Below are positions 51,311-64,000 of a stretch of DNA of 64,000 bases, piece by piece. Origin of the DNA: Catajapyx aquilonaris (Eukaryota); NCBI GenBank assembly GCA_000934665.2, contig JYFJ02001786.1, positions 1 to 64,000 of the forward strand, written 5' to 3'. A program made the translations under genes and the position numbers. The notes below the pieces were generated by a model. That model searched no databases. It was given only the letters and a program-made list of their open reading frames with translations, and had not been told where the DNA came from. Each line of letters begins with the position of its first letter. Positions within the stretch are counted from its first letter, which is position 1.

Positions 51311-54300
51311 TACCAGATGTTCAAAAATTGCATGGAGATGACCTCTCTGGACATTGCCTCTTTAACCCGCACATTCAAGTGTGCAAATCCATTAGCCAAT
51401 GGAAACATGCATATATAGATTGTTTCTGCTACGTTTCTATCGGCTAAAGTGCGGCCCTTTTCTATATCCTAGCCGAGTATTCAACAAAAAGCGAGAAAGG
51501 CCACGGTTTATTACTACAGCCTTCAATCAAAATCCGTTGAATACCCTGCATTTCTTTTAAACTTCTCTCCCTAGATGGCGCTTCCGCTTCATCTCAGTCT
51601 CCACTTCAGGAGCCCGCACAATGTCTGCCAAAACAACCAAATCTTCTCGGCCCTTTTCTTCACGCCACACTCAAACCTATAAAAGAACGTCGCCCCACCC
51701 ACCACCTTCTCCCAATTCCTTTTCCTCCAAATGATGCTGCCAATCGCTTACAAAGTGCACTATTCAAACAAAGAGTCGTTCCAGTCAAGTTGAAAGGCTG
51801 GCTTTTGTCGAGGCCCTGCAGTCCCTTTTTTGGAACTCGGGGCAAGCGAAGGAGGAGGAAGGCTTTTCAAAACCAAGCAGACTTCCAACTCCCCCAGGAT
51901 TCAGGGAAATGGTATTATGCACTAGAATAACATTGCATTGTTTCGCTCTGCAAGTTCCTTTTTCACATAGGTTGGGGAGGGAGGGAAAAAGAGAGAGGGG
52001 GGGTTGTCTTATATTCTTGCTTTTCTTTCAACGTTTCACTCCGCTCCCAGTGTGGAAGTCAGCCGCCCCTTTTGTGACTATATGAAAAGAAGCAGCGAAA
52101 AGCCTCTCATTCTGGCTATTCAGGACGGTGAGTTTTAAAAATCCAACCCCTACCCAAGTGGCATTCATGACTTGAAGCAGGGGTGGCAGCAGGGGCGAAT
52201 GAGTCCGGCAGTTCAATCGAGCCAAACGCGTAATCGAAAATGTTGCTCAAGCCTAAAGGGGGCTGCTGACATCGAAAGGAACATTGGGTTGGAGGATCAC
52301 AAATTAACTGCAATGTGGAGGAGTGGTTGGATGCAGAAGAGATGAACAAGGGGGGGTTCTAGAAAAGAGGGAAAATATGAAGGGACCACTATTTCCTCCC
52401 ATCCCCAACTTTTCTTCCTCTTCTTTTGATTCCGGTTGGTGGTGGTAGCCGGATGACGTCGGAAACCATTTTCCAGAGGGTCTTTCATTGGGGTTGCAGC
52501 AGTTTCCGAAGGTGGCCCCAACCATTGCAGAAAAGGAGCCCCGGGGGAGTTTCCGCACTTGGCCCAGGCTCCGGACTGCGACAATTATTCGCGCAAGGAC
52601 GCATAAATCCTGCGGCTCTCCAGGGTCGACCCTTCCCATAACGCTGTCTTTCCCGGACCCTAAATGTGGCCGATAACGGAAGCACGTTTTGCTTTCACGT
52701 TTTCGATACTAAAGTGGCATTACCAATGACACTGCAACTTTGTCGATCTGGTGAGATGACGACATTACGATGGTATGTGCTGAACATATGTGTATAGTCA
52801 CAGAAGAAAGACATTGGGAAAGGCTTTTCGTCAGATCTTTTGCAGCCGCTAAGCTAAAAAGGGGTGGAGAAACGGACGGCAGTGAATGTTTCGGTTTGGT
52901 TCAATAAGCTGACAGGTGAACCTTGGCCTCTGTGGAGGCTCAGTTGGGGTTCAGGATGGTTCATGCTTCAGTAGGCTAGCAGGTCTTTTCCAATATGCCG
53001 ATGGATGTAGAGCACCAGCAAATCCTCACTGAGAAGCTCTGATTCCAGTCGCGTCAGACAACGACAGCATGACTCCGAACCAGAGGCAGCCGACTTAGCA
53101 TGTACCACCCTTTGTCTCTGGTGTTTATGGGTGACTCTTTACTTAATTCCGACAGTCGGTCACTCCCGACCTCCTTTCCAATTCCGCTGAAAAGCATTAT
53201 TCTCTCGCCCCATTTCTAAGTGGAGTAAAGACGTCATGGACTGCACCAAAAATGCAGGGGTTTGCCGGAAATGTCAACGCTTATACAGTATATCAGCCCT
53301 GAATTAATGGCACCATGCACAATATATTGCATTGTTGTATGGAGGGTAATTCCACCGTTCTGACGAAACATATAGAGAAGGTTACTGAGGGTATATTTCA
53401 ATGCAACGCATGATAATCACATGAATAAAGGTGACTTCGGTGTCAAGTTATTTTGCACTGATGACTGTACAGTGCTGGGGGGGGGGGCTGCCATGTATAC
53501 CCCTGCAAAATACACCAAGCGAAACCTGACAGATCTGCTTTAGTTAAGGTAAGCCTGGATGGAGTTGAAGGGATAAAAGGGTCTTTCTGAAGTGCAGCAA
53601 AAAGTAGTTTTCTTCAGCAGGCAGTCTCCGTAAACCAGTGACCTTTGACCTAATTGACCATGGGAGAATGCGCACCACGAATGGAAACACCAAATTTCTA
53701 GACCTATATACACAGTGAAAGTCATTATTTTAATCACACTGACATAAGACGCTAATAATTTCAATAACCTATACAACAACACTATTGAAAAGTTTCTATT
53801 GCAAAAACTTCGCTAACTGACACAGGTGCCTGAATTCTCTCGCACTCTTATGCAGCCCACTCGACTCAAGTACACTATTTTCGCGTCACCTGTCATGAAA
53901 AGACCATGACTATTTCACAAGACATAGCCATCAAAGAAGCAAAATAGTAAGACCCCCCCCCCTCCATTCTGCCCCTCCCACCTGACTTACCTTTCTCTAA
54001 TCCATTCCCTTCTCCCCCTCCCCTCACTTTTCTGAGCTCTCCAAATCACTTTTACCTTTGCTTTTCAGTTCTCCTATACTGTGAGAAGAGTTTATGCTAA
54101 TAGCAACCGATATTGTATAGCAATATGAGTAATATTGTAATATATACGCATTGCTTGTCTACTAAAAAGGAGAATATATTTTTATGCAAAAAAACTGCTT
54201 CGAGCATACACCGAATCATAATGCAAAGGTCATTTAACTTTTGTCATACTTTCTTTTCTTTCGTGTGAATCCTTCACATACCAGGCATCCTGTCATCGCG

Positions 54301-57300
54301 CAGAAGAGTATTCAACATGTTTTACAAATCATGAGACCGTGTCTGCAGGTGTTTTAAGACCACCTGCCTTTTCGCTTATTTAAATTACAGCCATGAAAGT
54401 GACAGCCACCCCTGATGAATCTTTAATATCTCGCACCCTTCATGACTAATTTAGCATGACTAAAAAGAAAACAATCTTCAAGTTGTGCAAAACTCCACCT
54501 GTGCTTTCATCATATTATTTGGTCACCTGTACCGTCATGCTTCCTCGCCCTTTTCCATCCATCAAACGCCATTAAGAAAACCAACCCATCTCTCAGCAGT
54601 GTGTAATTTTTAACTGCAAGGTTCTCACAACAACTTTGTAAAGTGCAAGGGTATTCATTTGACAAGGCAAGCATTGCCTATGCGACCAATGCTGAATGTT
54701 TTTTTCAAGTTTTAAATTTCCTGCAAATGTCACTAACTGCATACTAATATACAGTAATAATAGCATCATTCGATACCTATTATTCTCACTGGTTGCATAC
54801 AATGTGCAAGGCTGAGCAGGTTTTATTCTGCTTTATCACCCCCACAATCACGTCTCATTCTTAAAACACCTGCTGCAAGGTTTCTTCTCATGCACCTGTC
54901 TCCACCCCTAAATTGGTCCATTAACAGGGGACATCCACAGACTTATCCCATAAATGGCCTCGCCCCCTACTGTCGAGCTGAGGAAAAGTATCGGAACAAA
55001 CCGGCCAGCCCATGTATTTGTTCTTATGCCTTGTATCGACTACGTGTCGGCGACAGCCCGCTGCAACTACTACACAGCCGTACGTTACGCTCATCTACAC
55101 GCCACTCACCACAATGCCTTGATGAATAGTCAATCAGACGACAACAGAACAGACAGCTCCTGTCATTCTCCCAGACAGAGTATTAGGGGACACGCTTTTT
55201 GGGCACTCAAAATTCAAACATCCTCTGCCTGCTTCCGGTTTACTAAATTCTAACATTATCATCACAGCCCCCGTTTTTCACCTGCGGATCATGCAACCCT
55301 ACACATCTGCATCCCTCCTGTATACACCACCTTCAAAGTCAAGCCCGCTCCCTAATGATGATCCATAGAAGGCATTGCTGAGCATCTGACATCTCTTCAT
55401 CGGATGGAGACACGAATGAATCAGGTTGCCGCAACGGATATCTGTATTTCTCTCCCAAAGCGAGAAGAGGACAGCCCACGTCTCATTGGAATGGTAAACT
55501 GGTCCTGCCCGTACACCAGGATCCGTTTCTCTTCCTCGCTTCCTAGACGGATCCTATTCAACCAGATAGACGGGGGATATTTATCCTCCACGAACTCCTT
55601 CTCGATTCTTCTCTCTATTGAAAACCGCGCGCTCTCAGAGTCCCAGCCCCCGAATCAATAGGAGATAAAGAGTTAAACTCCTGCCCGAAATACTGCCCAA
55701 TGACGCTGCTCTTTTAACAATTGCCCACCCCCCATTTTCCCTCCAACTCTCAATTATTCTCGACTATCAATACACACCACCCGCGGACTCAAATAAATTG
55801 ACTGCTTCCATCCCAAAGGGTAACTTTTGCAGAGAGAGGGCCCTGCTGCGGAAGAGCAGATGCAAACCTTCCTGCCCCCACCGCCAGCATTCTCTCTTCC
55901 TCCGGGGTCAATTCTGCTGACTAACCCTGCTGGTGTCGGTCTTCTTGCCTCGTAAATTACGTGTCTCAAATATGTGGACTTGTTTTCTCTACATATTGCA
56001 AGGCGGCCGCCACTCGCATGTAAAACCGCAATTACAAAACTTTCAATTAAAACGCCTTTTCGTGTCAACACCACTACTTTCCAGGTTAGAAGCAAAATAT
56101 ATATGTATACCGGTATGTCCGAACCAGGCGACCGCATTTCTGGCGGTCATCGTTTGTGCCAAGTTGAATGATGTAACCTGGTGCACAGTGCTAACAATAG
56201 CTAGGGGCTAACCTTGTTGACAAGCCCTGTCCCCCCCTCCCCTCTTATGTATATCTGCCTGCCGATCCTTCCCACCCCAGCTAGTGTAATACAGGCAGCA
56301 GGCTTTGTCTGCCCCTGAATGCACCGTCACAGGTGAGTGATCCTGCATATAAAAGACACCCCCTCTCCGGAAGGAAGGTGTGTGTGTGGCGGGGGAGGAT
56401 GATAGAGAGGGGGAGGGATGGTAGGGGGAAGTTGGGTTTAGAGCCAGGGCAGGACACTTGTCAATCAATATTGGCTTCTGGGTATGACGTGGTTTCCCAT
56501 GTAGAACGTAAGGTGTGTTAGGACTTTAGTTCCGGAAAGTGTCTCTGCCTGTTTTTTTTATTATTTAAATTTCACCCCCACCACCCTCTCTCCCCTCCCT
56601 CGGTTGTATGTATCGAACAAGCTGGGTGCACATTCAAGCTGTTCCCGCCACCCAACCACCTGCTGTGCCACAGGAGAGCACTCTGTTGCTTCCGATCAGA
56701 GACTGCGGCCCATCCTAGTGCCTCGTTCGCCCGCAAGAGGACAGAGCTCCTCGGAATCAGACAGCCAGTATTCGAGCCCAACATATCTATTCGCACAAGG
56801 ATGGCATACATGAAATAATATGCAATGGTAAGCACAGAAGAGCCCGGATAAATGGCCAGATAATCTTGAAAATTAAATATTGCAGACGTTCCTCGACGCG
56901 TACTTCAGTCCCAGTCTACCTGATTTAAAAATATGCGAGATTCAAATGATCTGAGACACTAACACATAAATGGTCGCGACAAAATTGTGAATCATTATAT
57001 TATTACAGGTCAAAACAGTTATCTAAAGGCATGAATGGTGCTGTAAAAGCATATCGACCGAGAGAATGACTAACAAAATTGTGCTAAATGGCGTTGGTAC
57101 CAATAAGTGATTCACTCGTAGGGAGTTTTTGAACCTATGACTAATGAGCAACGCTGGAGCAACGCAATGAGGAATGCACAGGTTTTTCCAAATTTCCCGA
57201 GCAATTGCTCGTGGACTTCTTTTCAAAGTTACTTTTTCGTCATTTATTAAAAAAAATTATAGTCCAACACAAAATGTCGTTTCTTTTGAGATGTGTCTAA

Positions 57301-57858
57301 TTGGTCAACAATGAATTTGACACCGCGATCTAATGCTCGATCATCTGTATCGACAGAGGATGTCAAAATTGATCCCGATCCACATTGACAGAAATTAGGG
57401 TGAATGCGGAGGAAGTACGAGTATTATTGTGACTTCTCATTTTCCAAATGTTTAATTTATTTCCAAGGCTGTTCTGAAATTCTAAAAATTTTCAACCAAG
57501 TATTATATCAGATGATATAGTGCCATAAGAGAGTATGTGGATTATGTTTTGTTTCAAACACTGGGCTAATGCCATTTGAATCACATGAAACCCTTCTTAT
57601 ATGACACGCTCCATTCCAATACCATCCACATTAATCAACAGCCGACGCCATACTCTTAAACCCAACCTGTACTCGTGATTTCCCCAACACAATGCAGACA
57701 GTGCCCCAATAAATCAAGCGTCCATGAAACACAAAGTGACCCTTACTTTCTACGCCATGATGAAGCATGATCAGTGACGCATACCTCGACCAGTTCTGAT
57801 TCCCGTATTATATGACCACACCCAAGGCTAAGCAGTCCCTCCCATAACCAGCACCCAA

Positions 57859-57877
57859 ATCATCATCATCATCATCA
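57859..57877 (+). repeat. (ATC)6 microsatellite
   Basis: ATCATCATCATCATCATCA read directly. Confidence 0.85.
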
Positions 57878-59699
57878 GTCGGAGGCAGCAAGCAAGGGCA
57901 AGAGTTTCTGATGCTGATGTCTGGTGTGCCCCAGGCTAGAGTGTCAAAACGCGGAAATCCATTCCTCAGAGGGGACAAGGCACGTCTGACGCCTTGCCAG
58001 TCCAAAGCATTCTGCATCCTCTTGATAACATCCTCCCCTCTCTGTTCCACCACATCCTTTAGCCCCCCCACCTCCCATCCCTCCCTAAAAAGGAAACTTG
58101 CCGCAAAGAGGGATGCGGATACAAAACCCACAATGCCGCGTTTATCACGCCTCATTTTGGTATTATGGGGCAAGCTGGAGGAGGGGAGAAGCAGCCAGAG
58201 GAGGCAGTTATGGGGAGGAGGACCTATATTATCCGGTTACAAATAGAGGCTCAGCTCACTCTATGGTCATCTAGACTATACATGGCACTTCTCCAGATGA
58301 TCGATACATTAAAAAAAAAAAGGATTAAGACTGTAATTAGTCGCTTTTGGCAGTAGCTCCACAATGGTTTTGGAATGTGGCCGGCGGAATTCCTTCTTCA
58401 CAAACACATAAGAATCCATGCCCTGCGGTAAATCCTCTCAATATGCCACTATAGATGCATAAAAAAACCATACGCAAGAAAAACGCGACTTGGGCATTTT
58501 CGGCACAGAGGCTTCAGCAGTGTGGCATTTATCAAACCTTATCCCACGATCCGTTCTCTTTTCACGCCCGTCAAAACCTGAGAAGAACGACGGCAGAGCG
58601 GACAGAATAGGATAAAAATCTAATAGTCCTGTGAGCCCGAACAGATCCCTATTGTAAGGTCCTGGCTTCATAAGGGCCCCAAAGTCGGAAGGATACACAG
58701 CCTGGGGGGGATCAACAGGGCTCTGGGCCCCCCTCCACCCCTATCCTCTTCCTTCTTCATTTGTTTTGTGGGAAAACAATGTGCTTCCCTGAGATTGGAA
58801 CCGACCCAACGTGCCTCGAATTCAGCTTATGAGTGTACACTGCAGAAAAGGGAACACTCTTCGCTTCTCCTCAAAAAACGACACAGAAAAGAATCCTGCA
58901 TGTCCCTATTCAGCCATCATATATAGCTGTATTGATATTTTCATTGCACATGTGTCGAACTGCTCATATCGTCCCCTAAAAAATTGGTTACAGACAGAAC
59001 CATAATAGCAGCAGCACTCGTGTATTTGTCACTCATTAGAGCAAGCTGCACAACAGCGAGGTGAAATGACCCGAGGTCGGCGCAAAATCCAATCGGCATA
59101 AACATGCTTAACTTTTGTTGTCGGGGAGTCCCCCCTGTGGGTCCCCAAGCAATTGAAATCCGCAAATGGGGTGGGCCACAAAGGGCACGGCGGGAGTGTG
59201 ATGGAGGGCGGGGGGGCCTTCTGGAATCGACTGGAAACAATGTGGCCTTTCCCCAAAATCGCCTGCTTAATAACCAGAGTCCAACCCCCCACCATACCAC
59301 ACCACACGCCCCCTCTGGGTCCTGCAGCAGCCTCCAGCACATACACACTCGCCCTAAGGGCCAGCTGGGCTTGACACCCTAAGCCCACAGCCCTTCGCTA
59401 ATTCCCCACCCACCCCATCGCAAATTATGTGTGCAAAAGGCGACTACTGCTTTTAAGCCAGAAGTGGTCTTAAAGGATCGATTGGACTCACTCGAGGGGG
59501 TCAGAAAATTTGTTCCGCCCTCTCACCCTCCATCGGTCGAGGCTTATACAATATTATGCACGTTACAAAATGATACACTAATTTGCTATCATTTGAGTAT
59601 GCTACTCATTCACTTTCAAGTCATAACAAGTCCTAACTACAATGTCAGTAAATTATTAATTAGGCATTAGGTCACTACTCACTATACGACAGTTTTAAT

Positions 59700-59830
59700 C
59701 TCCTACTAAATAATAAAAATAAAAGAATGACATGAATACATACACACAAACATACAAACACTCGCACAATGTACACATATAAACATACAAAAAATTCATA
59801 TAAAATATATACAAAAACAATGTAAATATT
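59700..59830. repeat. A/C-rich low-complexity tract (degenerate ACAT/ACAA repeats)
   Basis: Nearly G-free + strand run such as ATACATACACACAAACATACAAACAC. Confidence 0.6.
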
Positions 59831-62800
59831 GTCCAGCACGAAATGGTGTGTTCGACGGGCGATGTAAACACCACTCACCAAGGCAGACGACATCTCCCCC
59901 CAGAGGTGCTAGCTGACAATCGTCTCCAGGGTCATGGTGTTGACGCCAGGATATAAATAGCCAGAATTGTTTTTGCGGGAACTGACAATGTACAGGTACA
60001 GCATTGGCTGCAAAGTGTGTTTTTCGCAGCAGGCGGCATATAAAATGAAACATTGATGCAAGAAATGGGCTTACAAATTACAATCTGAAACGAGGTGCAT
60101 TATTGCAGTTCCGGTGAAATTCAGTACTACAAACTAATTCTACACATTGTGCAAAAATCACCCCCTTAAAAATTGTGTATCAGCCAAGTCAGTATATACT
60201 TAGGACAATGTACTGTGAATGCCATATATCTTAAAGGTTCACCAACCTCGTCTCCGTCTAGACAGCTACCATGGATACCTTGAATACCATGTACGCCTGT
60301 AGAAGTTCGATGTGATTTACCCAATACATTAGTCCAGTCATCCTCTATACTTTAGACGCATTTAATGCGCAATAATTTTATGCCACAGACCTCCTGCAGT
60401 TCATTGACATACATAAGCAAGGCAAATGCTCGGCGGGTGCCAGAGATACTTTCCCTCTGAAATGGTGTGCTAGTCACCCTGTTAGACTCTATCACCATCC
60501 TATCCACCCAGAGCTATTCCTCCCTCTGCCCTCCTCCCCCGTCCTCCCCCCTCGCCTTTGGCCCTACTGTCAGCCAAGTAACCGCCTCCGTTGGCGGCGA
60601 GGACAAAGAGCAAGTGGCGGAGAGGGCCGAGCCCGCCCAGGCCTGATTATGCCATTCACACCCTGAATGGACGCCTGATGACTGAAACAAAGGTTGACCC
60701 GGGAGGAAGACCTCGGAGCGGAACCGCCACGAGGGGGGTTACACAGAGGGAGGGGATGGCGATGGGGGCCATGGTACAACTTGGTACATTACTGGGAAAC
60801 TGACAAGCTCCACATGTTGGCTCATATTTACACACATTTTTTTAGAGAAATAAACAGGGCGCGTGCATCGTGGGAAGAGCAAGTTTTGACCCATAGAAGA
60901 TCGATGTGGAGGCGACGAGAGGCGGGGCCAACTCAGCTGAAAACAATGGTGATTGGCCTCCCAAGCCTTTGTCCCACGCGGGTGCGTTAGGAACTCTTAC
61001 ATTCGCGTCGTCGCCGCCAACGACGCCTTCAGTTCACTCATCGGATTTCCGAACCCGGCCATACCCACCCCGCGAACACCTAATTCTCTGGGCCTGGGGT
61101 TTCGCATCCGAATTGCCACCATTAAAAAGGTTTTCCGCAATGGTTCTTCTTGCACTTCAGTGGATCGGATAATTGCGCCCATTAGGGAGGGGATGGCCGC
61201 GCAAATTAACAGGCGATGATCAAACTCGGCAGGTATATCGAAACAGATGGCAATTCGATCAGGAATAATCAGGGCGACAAATAGCGCGGATAGGTCCCAT
61301 TAGCGATCGGGTTACACGCCACATTCCGACCGCGTCAATTACTAAGTCGCAGGTGTATAATTCTTGCCAGAGCAAGCACCGATATGAATCCGACGCCCTC
61401 CTCCTTCCCTTCAATTCCGTGGCATTGTTAGCCTGATGGCATAAATTACAGACAGAATGCTGCATAAGGAAGCCGTCGATTTTCTCACAAACATATCGCT
61501 TTCCCTATTCACTCCTTGAGGAAGAGCCTCACTGTGTGTAAGGTTAACTATCAGCGGAGTGTTACAAATTTTGGGGGACGGGCGACATTTATCAGCTGAG
61601 ATGGAGCAATTGGTTCGAATCTTAATTATGGTTGGCCCACGTTAGGATGTATAAAATTGAGCATTATATATTTTGGCACAATTGCTGGCCACTAGTGAAA
61701 CCTTTAAAATGTAAGTATGAACAATGAGCACACACCATTGTATTATGGACGTTTGCCAAATATTTGGGACCGGTACGGCGGTACCCACACGATTCTAATG
61801 AGTCAGGATGTCGCTCCTGGCTACTGGGCAACATGTGAGTCACGAGAGAAGTATGGGTTATCTAACTTCAAGGATGAAACTTGAAACATCAACTTTATTT
61901 CAAGCCATGCTATTCAAGAAATGTCAATAGAGGTGCAACTGTCCTTCCGCTAGGCCCAGGTGACAACCCACATTGCAATCAAAGGCAGTCAGAACAATCC
62001 AGTAGATTCCTAACTTCGAGCAAGTGTGATGAAGATTGCTGTGCATGAAGCTGTCTCGCAGTCATCGTCACCTCATTCAGAATTACCATTATCACTCACT
62101 TATCCTTCTCTTCAGGCAATTGATGCATGTTCGCGAAATATTCTGTCTGCCTTTGCTGCAAAGTGGATTGTCGCATGTTATACGTGGATGATAATGAAAA
62201 TGTGTCTAGTCTCTTCCACTGGTTGGTTATATTTCCGATCCCTATTCGATGGGCCCAGCATAGTTTATGCTGCCGACAGCATTTTACTAGTAAAAAACGT
62301 CCTCTATATACATGATGCAACATAATAATGATGGAACGTTTTCTGTCAATAGAGGAGTTCCCAAGAAAAGGCAGCTAGATCCGGCCGTGGGAAAAAATGA
62401 GTTTGAAGTGGCATTGGATTATCCATCATACAAAATATGGTTTAGCACAGGCACATAGAAATGGGTATAAAATGGCTCTAAAAACGGGTGTCCTAAGCAA
62501 AAACAGATAGATCCATGCCATAACGTACGTTTTCTGCATGCAAATGCAGCTAGATCCACGTTTGTGTACTGTACATAACAAGCCAGCTCCAATGTGATTT
62601 GCAATAATGTTAAATGTGTTTAGTTTTTTCGCATCTGTATGAAACATATTCATGGGACTGTCTGATGAGTAGCGGAATCCTCATTTTTACAATCTCCATA
62701 TTATTGTTTAAAATAATTTGTGCAAAAAAAATACTTTTTTTCAAGCAAAAACAGTAGATGCACTAGATTCGAAGCAGAAACAGCTATATCCAAACCGACC

Positions 62801-63980
62801 TTCAAATTTGTGGCTAAACTACGGTACCAATCCACGATTTCCAAAACTTATACATTAAAAATTCATACAAATGCCATCTCATGACTCCCTCTATCAGCTA
62901 CTTTCAGTTTGCAGCTGTTTCCAGATCACAGTTTTTTCTCCTCTTCTGTAAAATCTCTTATTATGGACTTAGCTGCTTTTGCTTTCGAGCGCCTTATAAC
63001 TGTCAACAAAGACTTTAAAACAATCGGAGTAATGTTATTTCCTGCATCTTTCGAGACTATGCGCTTGGGTTTTCTACGTATAGTTAAGCTGATTACGAAC
63101 TGTATGTATGCGTGGTTTTTGACCCCATAAAATAAGTCTCACTCCGGAAAGAGCAGGGGGAAAGAGGATGAATCCTTCCAAACCAATCTAAAATAATCCT
63201 TGACTTAGCGCACTTAATAATGCTTTTTTTGCAAACGTGATTTTCAGTCAAGTCATAAACATGATTTTTTTTTCATCCCTTTAATAAAAGCCTTACCATT
63301 AGCATTTCACACTAGAGGCAATAGACTTTTTTTGTTTCAATTATCCCGACCATCCTGGGTCAGAGGGAAGAAAAATAAATGTTTGTTTACGTTCTTTGGG
63401 GCCCTGATGTGTGCAATCTCATGCCATAAACACTCATATCAGTGAAATAACAAACAAATCAAATAAGTGTTACCTCTCATCACTCCGGTACGAGATAAAT
63501 ATAAACTACTCCCACTACTTTAGAAACCGTGACTGTGCTTTCTAAAACAGCTGCTTTCGGGCCCACTTAAGTAACTAAAATAATGTATAAAAATAATTAA
63601 CTATCGCTTTACATACAGGTATTTAGCTCACTAGCAGTTCCACAAATATAATTTCTCGTAAAAATTGGTCCGTCGTAAACAGTAATTAGCGTCAAAAGCG
63701 GAAGACAGTGATTGTCCCATAAAGTCCCCGTCACTTTCCCTGCTACAGGGTTTTGTCCAGTCCTTATGTGAGTCCAGGCATCGTTTGGGACCATCTCACC
63801 CGTTATCTTCTCCTGTCCAACCAATCCTCCCCTCCCTCCCTCAACCCTATCCTCCTCCCCCCACCCTCCGGCCGGCTGACTGCCCTTCACTCCTCAAGCC
63901 CAGCCAAAACCATCCGACATTGGCGTGAAGGGACACACACAGAGGGAGAGGCGCAGCGCAAGGGAGATCAGGCATCCCAG

Positions 63981-63997
63981 CAGCCAGCCAGCCAGCC
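63981..63997 (+). repeat. Short (CAGC)n repeat at the window edge
   Basis: CAGCCAGCCAGCCAGCC read directly. Confidence 0.75.
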
Positions 63998-64000
63998 GCC

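Noticed and set aside
53468..53478. TACAGTGCTGG identical to the foldback element terminus
   Set aside because: Only 11 bp, followed by a G run, with no partner inverted end found.
469..62393. Scattered single Su(H)-type CGTGGGAA/TGTGGGAA sites (e.g. 469, 13747, 43508, 62386)
   Set aside because: Isolated 8-mers at roughly the frequency expected by chance in 64 kb. No paired-site architecture.
62880..63110. Minus-strand frame containing RRKPK and TEEEK, reminiscent of Sox HMG words
   Set aside because: The words are in the wrong order, no other HMG residues are present and there is an in-frame stop. Treated as coincidence.
1..64000. CRISPR array, operon or prokaryotic defence system
   Set aside because: No regularly spaced repeats or dense ORFs. 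Spliceosomal introns and a SINE show the DNA is eukaryotic.

Overview
Eukaryotic, most likely insect, genomic DNA. I can support only one protein-coding gene: a multi-exon, + strand group B Sox HMG-box transcription factor whose HMG residues, HMG-box intron and post-HMG motif best fit insect Sox21b. Its coding exons are 27629-27881, 27954-28148, 29258-29367 and 31701-32576, which join in frame to 477 aa. A probable CpG-rich promoter and 5' exon lie at about 19250-19795. The gene sits in a gene-poor landscape (about 19 kb upstream, 31 kb downstream) containing candidate Sox-site enhancers and CTCF-like motifs. Mobile elements are a 642-bp TA-flanked Tc1/mariner-type foldback element whose inner arms are 98% identical but outer arms only about 85%, a tRNA-derived SINE with a degenerate target-site duplication (TSD), and a 57-bp truncated retroelement tail with a 17-bp TSD in intron 1. 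Nearly all other listed ORFs look spurious. I found no CRISPR array, rRNA, intact transposase or prokaryotic-type system, and I cannot claim a new biological system. All alignments and counts were done by eye.
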